Shown here in pieces: positions 55,508 through 64,000 of a stretch of 64,000 bases of DNA. The position numbers were made by a program, and so were the translations under genes. How positions within the stretch are numbered: the first letter of the stretch is position 1; the number at the start of each line of letters is the position of its first letter. The notes beneath the pieces were generated by a model. The model did no database searches and was not told the DNA's origin. It saw nothing but the letters and a program-made list of their open reading frames with translations. Source of the DNA: Octopus sinensis. Taxonomy: Eukaryota. Location of the stretch: the NCBI RefSeq assembly GCF_006345805.1, contig NC_042999.1, positions 112,778,001 through 112,842,000 of the forward strand, written 5' to 3'.

Positions 55508-56351
55508 AGAAAATATAAAATATAGTTGATTTGTTCCATAGAAAATATTATTAACCTTTCAGCTAGACTGCAGATCAGATGGAAAAAAATGATCTGTAGC
55601 TCAGCTAGTTTATACCAGTATGATTACAAATTCTCCTGATAAGACATCAAGCTGGATCTACTGGTGAACCCCCAGCTCAGGAGCTCAGGAGTTTTGGGGA
55701 GTAATCACCACTACTCCCAGTTCCACTCTGGCCCTAGATTTTAGTATTGTCAAGCCTCCTACCCCCAATTATGGGTCAAATAGTGTAAAATGGGTTCCTG
55801 GCTCAGACTTGAAAGAGGAGGGATGGTCCTTAGACATGTCACACAGACTCACTAGTGTGTGGACATGTGCTGATGTCATGGAAACCAATCCCTCTGCTTA
55901 ATAGTTAAGCAACCTTATCCTGTGTCTCAAGGAAAAGGCAGGGAGTACAGAAAACAAGCAGAATAAAACTGACTGTATAGTAAGAAGTTTGCTTCCTAGC
56001 CCTGGGCTAACCAAAAGCCTTGTAAGTGGAATTAGTAGACAGAAAATGAAAGAAAAGGAGCCTATCATGTACATATGTGTGTGTGTGTGTGTGTGTATGT
56101 GATACTACTAGAAGTCTCTTGCTGGATCTCTACACAGTTGGTAACCATTGGGTGATGGCCATTCCAGCACAGAACTTGTGAGTGACTGTGCTGTCTATGT
56201 CCGCCAGTGGTGACAAGCAGGTCTACTGAGACACAGTGCTACTTTTCCCAACAGAGGGAAGAGTGAGAAAAGGAGCCCCAAATATTGCTTACTCACCTTA
56301 AACTTGGCAGCCCACTGCAGCTGTCTGGCTATTCAGTAACACAGTCAAAAC

Positions 56352-58196
56352 ATGAAGAAATCTAAGAATATTAACCTTGGTTCTTGGAATGTGTGCACTC
56401 TCCAAGACAGTCACTCAGTATCAGAACAAAAAACAGCACTGGCTGCTCTTTGAACTAAAGAAATACAACATTGTAGGATCATCACTGTTAGAAGAAAGTA
56501 AAGGTGGATACATATTTTTCTGCTGTGGAAGAAATGAGATGAACAATACCACTCTAGTGTTGGTTTTGCCATCAAGACAGTAATATCTAGATAGATCCCT
56601 TCTTTCTCTACCCAAAGGTATTTCTGATTGCATCATGACACTAACATTGGAACTCGATCACATCACTTGTACTAAGCTTGTCAGTTACTATGCCCCAACC
56701 ATGGCCATCACCGAGCAGGAAAAGGATGAATTTTACAACCAACTCCATGATGACATCTCCAGTTGTCACCATAGGGACAAACTTTCCCTTATGGGTGACT
56801 TTAATGCTCATGTTGGTACTATCAGGCATGGGAAGATGTACTTGGTTGCTATGGTGTAGGTTGAATGAACTCCAGCAGTCTGTGTGTGCTCTCGATCTGC
56901 TGGGAATTCAGTCTAAGCATCACAAATACCTTTTCCAACCGCAAAATTGTTGCAAGACGACCTGGATGTTTCCTAGATCTAAGGATAGGCATCTCATAGA
57001 CTATGTTATCACTAAGAAACAAAATATTAGGGATTTTAACATTACATATTCCTTTCATAACACCTACTACTATTTCTCTGACCATTCTCTTCTCTGAAGT
57101 AAAGCTACATTCCATCTGAAACACACAAGACTACAAAGTCATCAGTGCCTAAGCACATTAATGTTCTGCCTTTTAAAACTGTTGAAAAGAAGGCTGAGCT
57201 TTGAAACCTGTTGAAAAGCAGGTATATAACAACACAGATGTCCAACTGTTGATAGATAAAATACACAGCCCTCACAAAACATGGATAAATGATAAGAGCT
57301 CATCCAGAAAATAGAATGCCCATAAGAAATGCAGAGGCCAGGCCCAAAGTACTCTGAGACAGATGAAGGAGGCTTGGTGGTCTTCCAAGGCTACAGAACT
57401 CCAAGAAGCTGCAGACAGAAAGGATTCTAAAGCCTTTTATGATGGCCTCAAGAAAGTGTATCATTCTCAAGAGCACAGTGTTACCCCTATTTTTTCATTC
57501 AATAGAGAGACACTGTTGACTGACAAATCTGACATCCTGAAATGATGGAAAGATCACTTCGAAGCTGTGTTGAACTCCACCTCAGACACTAATGATGATG
57601 TCATAATATCTATTCCACAGCACACTGAAATACCGGAACTGTCTCTGGAGTCAACCTTCCTGGAACAGATTTCTTCTGGTAAAGCATTTGGTATAGATGC
57701 TGTCCCTCCTGAAATCTACAAGCATAGTGGACAGAAGCTTTTTAAGAAATTGCATGACTTCTTCATAAATATTTGGATGGTAGGCCATGCACCACAGGAC
57801 TTCAAGGATACCTCAATTCAACATCTTTATAAGAACAAAAGAAACAGAAGTGTCTGTGATAATCATTGTGAGATATTGCTTCTGTCTATTGCTAGAAAAA
57901 TTTTTGCTTGACTCATTCTTGACAGGATCATCTAGCTCTTTGTAAATGATCTCTATCCAGCATTACAGTGCAGATTTTACTCTGGTCATGGCACTATCAA
58001 CATGATCTTTTCCCTTCAACGGGTCATGGAGAAGGCACGTGAGAAAAATCAAGGGTTGTTCATGGTATTCATTGACCTTAGTAAGGCTTTCAACACAGTT
58101 AACCAGCAAACACTATGGAAAGTTCTGAAAAGCTTGGTATACCTAACAAGATATTGAATGTTATCATTTCCTTTCATGAAGGAATGAAGGCTGCTG
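56352..58196 (+). mobile_element. RTE-clade LINE, APE + partial RT pseudogene, 3'-truncated at a microsatellite
   Basis: MKKSKNINLGSWNV, GDFNAHVG, LIDYVIT, MVFIDLSKAFNTV, ISFHEGMKA; many stops. Confidence 0.85.
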
Positions 58197-58200
58197 TATA

Positions 58201-58250
<50 letters not shown>

Positions 58251-58330
58251 ATAATAATGATATGTATATATGTGCTTATATATATATATATATAAATTAA
58301 TCAAAATAAAAACATGATGCCAAAGATTCA

Positions 58331-58408
58331 GCGGTACATATGTTTCGGGCCTTTATTAGACGGATTTATAACAATGCATAATGTGTGTCTATGGCCTTCT
58401 TCAGCCGC
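58331..58408 (-). ncRNA. Type I hammerhead ribozyme candidate
   Basis: GCGG-CUGAAGA-aGGCC..GGCCc-GAAA-CAUAUG-UA|CCGC; extra UAGAC/GUCUA pairing in stem II. Confidence 0.7.
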
Positions 58409-58543
58409 GCGCAACTACTACCTCAAGGACATGTATTACATCAAAAATTCTACGTTGGGGATGCAAATCCTCTCATTCGCGTACAACATAATGCGGCAAC
58501 AGCATAAAAATGAAGCGTCCATCTCGTCCTTCTCTCAATGTAC

Positions 58544-58589
<46 letters not shown>

Positions 58590-60549
58590 TGTGTGTATGT
58601 GCAAGAGATAGCTTTGGGATCACATTTGGCATGAAGTTGAAAATATTTTTGGCCTATGACACTGCATGTATGTAGGTATTATATATATATGTATGTATTT
58701 ATATATACATATGTGTATATAAATATATATACATAAATATATATACACCATCATCATCATTTAACATCCATTGTGACCCATACTTAAGAGCATGGTCTGT
58801 GTGCGTGTGTGTGTGTGTGCACGCGTATGTGCACATGCACATATGTGTGTATAGGAGAAATTAAGATAAGCACAAGTTATATTATTAGTTCCTATGTAAG
58901 TTCACTCCTTTGATAGCTTGAAAACCTGCATTGGATGTTCCAAGTTCACTTGGACGCTTAACCAGAACACATCATCAGGGAACGCTTTATTGCATAAAGT
59001 TAGAAAACAAGTACTGGGTTCAATTTGTTTGACTAAACCTTTCAAAGCAGTGCCCCAGCATGGTCACAGTCCAATGACTGAAACAAATAAAAGATAAAAA
59101 GATAAAAACCAACAAAAGGCAAAAAGAAACCAGTACTATATCTTTCTCAATGAAATTCACAAGTCTTCAGACTGTGGCATGGAAGTCCATTATTGCCAAC
59201 ATCTGTAGGCATAGCACAGAAAGAAAAAGATGATTACAAAATATTTGTTACCATAATTCATAATAGGGATGTTGGTATCGAATAAATTCTAAATACATAA
59301 ACAACATTATAATGTACGAATAAATAAATGAATCTGAACAGCACACTTTGAATATATATATATACATTCCTGGTAACTATTAAGAACATTCTGTCTGGAA
59401 TCAGTATTGGAAAATGTTTTGCATAAGAAGTCAATGTAATGATATTTCTAAGTGCATAATTTAAACACATGATTTTCATGTTTGTACTTGAACTAATCAC
59501 CTGTCATGGCTCATATTATCTTTACTTTATCACAAGATGATTTTGTTATTCATGAGATTACTGTCAAATCCAAAAATAAATTTGTATGTGTATATATCTA
59601 TAAATATGTAAATTTATGCACATCAAATCAGCACTCAATCTATATGAGTGTGTGTGTGTGTGTGTGTGTAAAGTTCATGCATGGATGTGTGATTAAGAAA
59701 CTTACTTCTCAACCATGTGGTCTTCAGTTCAGTCCCACAGCACAACAGCTTGGGCATGTATCTTCTACGATAACTTTGTGGTGACCAAAATCTTGTGAGT
59801 GGATTTGGTAGAGTCAGCTGAAAGAACCTCATCATGTGTGTGTGTATGCAATCACAGAAGAGATAACAAAGACCAAAAGAATGGGGCAATTTGTTGTACT
59901 TGAGAAGAGCTGTCCATTTCTGCAAAAAAGTGAAGGCCTAAAAGCATACCACTTATGTCTGTACCCCCACTCACAATCTGTATCTTGTCAAGGCTCCCCC
60001 ACATCTCATCTTCATGACATCCATCCCTCCTTTACCTTCCTCTGTTGCTGTGATTATCTTAGAGCAAAACTGCATATATTTCATCCCTATTTTGTATTTG
60101 TGCTACCAGTTATCTCCTTCCTTTGAACCACTTCCTTTGTCAACCATTCTGCATCCTCAACATACTCCCCTAACCACTTTATTTTCAGCTAAACACTCTC
60201 TCATATCTGCTACTGATGATACCCACTCCCTTTGATTATCACTCACTATGTTCTCAGCATGGTACTTTAGACCTCTATCTTTTTTCACTGCATTATCTTC
60301 CTATTTCTCATCTATCAATAACTCTGCTATATTGTTGCTCTCCAATTTCTTGCAACAGCTTCATGTACTGCCACCTCTTACCTCCACCTGCCTAGCCCAC
60401 TCCTGTTTTCCTTTACCTCCCTTCTCAAGCTAGGATTCACCATTAACCATACCTCCATCCCTGTTCATCATCACTGCATTCACCTCTATCTTCATCTCTA
60501 GCCATCTGCCATTCTCCTTTCATACTCTCATGAATCTACAAATCTAACC

Positions 60550-60784
60550 TATTTCTTTACTACCCACAAGGGGCTAAACACAGAGAGAACAAACAAGGAC
60601 AGACAAACGGATTAAGTCGATTATATTGACCCCAGTGTATAACTGGTACTTATTTAATTGACCCTGAAAGGATGAAAGGCAAAGTCGACCTCAGCGGAAT
60701 TTGAACTCAGAATGTAGCGGCAGACGAAATACCGCTAAGCATTTCGCCTGGCATGCTAATGTTTCTGCCAGCTCGCCGCCTTTG
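60550..60784 (-). mobile_element. SINE with 15-bp TSD
   Basis: tctacaaatctaacc at 60535-60549 and 60785-60799. Confidence 0.85.
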
Positions 60785-62056
60785 TCTACAAATCTAACCA
60801 TTCTCAGTTGTTTGTCCTTATTCTCACTTCATCCACCTTCTTTGCACTTGTAGGTATGCCCTAAAACTTCATCTCCACTATCCTCTCTCTCTTTCTAGCT
60901 GAGATAGCCATATGTCTGCTCTATAGAAAGACACCTGTTATCCATCTCTTATATTTTAGTTTCTCAACACCTGACTCAAAGCTACCTCCCTCAGAATTGC
61001 ACCTCCATTGTTGAGGTGTATTGTTTTGTGAGTTACTTAATGACCTCATTTATGTTGGTGACATGAAAAAGCCTCCAGTGCACTCTATAATGTGGCTGAC
61101 ATTAGGAAAGGTATCCAGACTATGAACCCATGCCAAACCATACAGTGGAGCTCAGTGCAGTCCCTTGGCTCGTTGGATCCTATGAACCATCCAACCCATG
61201 CCAGCATAGAACATGGATGTTAAATGACAATGATGATGATGATGATATAAACAATTGTCACACAACTTATGTATGTGTGTGTGTATAAACCAAATGACAG
61301 AGATGGAAAATGGAATACACAGGAAGCTTTATTGCTCCCAATGATCATTTCGATACATCCTGCATTGGTGGGAAGCTATACAACTAGTTGTGGTGCATCT
61401 GTCGGTGCAGAAGCGTCTTGTCAGGTGACGTAATAAGAGGCACCTCGTTAAATGAACTCTGTTTTGCTCGGATTTAGTACAGAATGTTATTGGTAACCAT
61501 GGGTTTAAGCTGTTGGGCAGGAATGGTGAGGGATGGATTCCATCCCAAAGTTATTGATACAGACAGGGAGTAATTAAGAAAAATAAGAAGAATAAAGAAA
61601 ATGAGCAGAATAAGGAGAATAAAGTATACAATAAAGTAAAATATTAGGTATGTCAGTACCCAGATATATTTATCCTTTCTATCATTTGATTTATACATAA
61701 CATACACTGAGGAATTCTTGAGGTAGATCCAGTGATAATTGCGCGGTTACTGTGGATAATGCCAGGTAGCCATAGGCAGTGAACATATTGTTATATTTCA
61801 GGATCATTTTTTTTTTTGCCAAATAAACACATGTGCTATATATTCATCCTTTACTTGTTTATTACTGTTCTTATTTTAACTTGCGATCTCTTCAGCAACA
61901 CTTTCTGTCTTCGTGTGTGCTCCTGCTCTGCTTAGTCCATTAGAATGGACTAAGATTTCTAGACAATGGGACCATCCCAAAATATAACAATATCTGTTTC
62001 AACACACGGTTTCACATCAGGAATCTTGCAACACAAATTCATAAATATATATATAT

Positions 62057-62533
62057 AAAATTAATATAAACAGCCAGTCACAATGTGATACCATAAAGGA
62101 AAAATTCAATCATCACTAAGTGTGACTAAGGGTGCCAGAGCATCTGCATTGCTAGAAATAAGAGTTAAAATACTCTTAATGCTGTGGAGGGAGTGCAGAA
62201 AGTATACACCCATGCTAACAGAGGGGGGGGGTACTCCATGACTGACTTGAGGATCTCCAGACTGGATTTAGTTTTGTCTATGACTGTAGGCATCATTGGT
62301 GAGGACTGCTTGAATGATGCATGATTGGCTAATTCCCTCTGCCAGCATATATATATTTAACAAAAATTTATGAATGATTTAGCGAAATGCTAATGCATAT
62401 ACTAAAAATTAATATAAACTGCCAGGCACAATGTGATACTATAAAGGAAAAATTCAGTCATCACTAAGTATGACTAAGGGTGCCAGAGCACCTACATTGC
62501 CAGAAATATGAGTTAAAATACTCTTAATGCTGT
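62057..62533. repeat. 129-bp direct repeat pair
   Basis: 62057-62185 and 62405-62533, ~90% identical. Confidence 0.9.
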
Positions 62534-64000
62534 ATGTATATAGCTAATCACTGTCCATTTAGATACTATTTATATTAGATATAACTGATTAACACACTTG
62601 AAATATTTGATTATTAAAATCGTTGATTCAATCAACTGTAATCACCTTATCAATGCACAGTAGGTAATTAACTTTAGAGTCATTGTTATAGCTTACTATA
62701 AGAATAATTCATAGCATCTAATAAGTATCAATGTCAGTATTATCTTCAGTCTGATCATTGACATCAGCCACAACACCAGTTTGACTGGTGAGGTTTCTAT
62801 CTTTTGTCACTAAAATCCTCTCTATGGTCATCATCATCATTGTTGTCATCCTTGTTGTCATCAGCAGCACCAGCACTAGTAGCATTCTCTATTCCACAGT
62901 TATATTGATATTATTGCCTTCCCATTCCATTTGCTTTTCTTCCTCCCCCGCTGCTGATAATTATTGCTATGAATGGATGAATTAACAATTTATTTTTTTC
63001 ATCTCACTTTATGGGTAGATAGTTTGCCTTACATTTGGCAGTCGCTTTTTCTTCAATTCCTCTTCTTCAAAACATGCTTAGAAAAGCTTTAACAAATATA
63101 TAAATTGTCCTTCACCACCATCACTTTTTTTGTTCCAATTTTTGTGATAATATTTTGCCATATTTACTTCACATTCTGCTTTCCTTGATAGTTTTTGTTA
63201 TGGCAAAAATCTAGTCAGCTTCAGTGTAAAAGATCAATATCTTAAATTCAGCCATTCAAATGCTTTATTTTTATGTTTTTAATGTTTTTTATAGCCTCTA
63301 GCATAAACTGAGTCTAGAATATAATGTCCCAACTAGATAAGCCATAGACAAAAAATGTAATGTATCTGGCCTAAGTTTTGATAATCTCTCAACAAGATTG
63401 CACATCTGTTATTTATAGCTAACAACAATGGTACAATGATTATTTATTAATAAACCTAAAAAAATTTAGACTGCATAATTGCATGAGCAACACAATGGTT
63501 ATGCTGATAGTATAAATTAACAAGATAACCTTATGACCATATTAGATAAGATCAAATATAGATAGAGGACAAGGGTATATCACATTAATTCTATGAAAAA
63601 ACAGCAAACATAGACTGTACAATCTCCTAAACAACTCATACAGATAAACATGTCTCAACAATATAACTGGTAATAATAACACAGATGTTTCATTATTGAA
63701 TGCCAAGTTTAGACAGTGTAAATAGAAAGGCTTGGTAACATATTGTATAACTGACAAAGAATCATACAGTGTTTCTGTTTTAGAACCATGAGTTTGGTCT
63801 GCATAATTAACAAGAAAACAGTAGACTATTGAGACACTATTAAGTCTGTAGTTTATAATTCTGAATTTAGATTTTGTGAAGATAAACTTCATCATTTGTT
63901 TCTCTGTAACCTATAAAATTTCTATTGATTTTATAGGTTATAGAGGATTAGGTAAGAGTAAGTGAAGTATATGGTATCTTCACAATTGAAACACTTGAGA

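Noticed and set aside
58925-58985. Minus-strand CUGAUGA next to a CCAAG/CUUGG hairpin
   Set aside because: No GAAA or cleavage-site stem in the required position
62010-62125. C/D snoRNA-like GTGATGA...CTGA on minus
   Set aside because: No convincing terminal stem, and the duplicated copy lacks the D box

Overview
AT-rich, repeat-dense eukaryotic DNA. The SINE, RTE and microsatellite content resembles cephalopod (Octopus-like) genomes; this is recognised from memory, not searched. Two host genes are supported. (1) The last five coding exons of Spindly (SPDL1) on + (1822-4938), ending in CAQQ. (2) A polyubiquitin gene on - (12426-10015) with 10 perfect ubiquitin units, a 43-aa degenerate 11th unit as cap, and a heat-shock element upstream. 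The main accessory feature is a near full-length Penelope-like retroelement (18892-24122; ORF1 + RT + GIY-YIG) with a ~0.9 kb inverted pseudo-LTR carrying a hammerhead-like fold, inserted in (TA)n. Three more hammerhead ribozyme candidates sit in ~250-bp non-coding units: 50313-50407 in a fold-back element, and 50889-50923 and 58331-58408, each between (TA)n runs. Together they suggest a family of ribozyme-bearing Penelope satellites. The rest is decayed CR1, RTE and CRE-like LINEs, tRNA-derived SINEs, hAT, piggyBac-type and fold-back MITEs, and microsatellites. Repeat boundaries were read by eye and are approximate unless a TSD or TIR is given.
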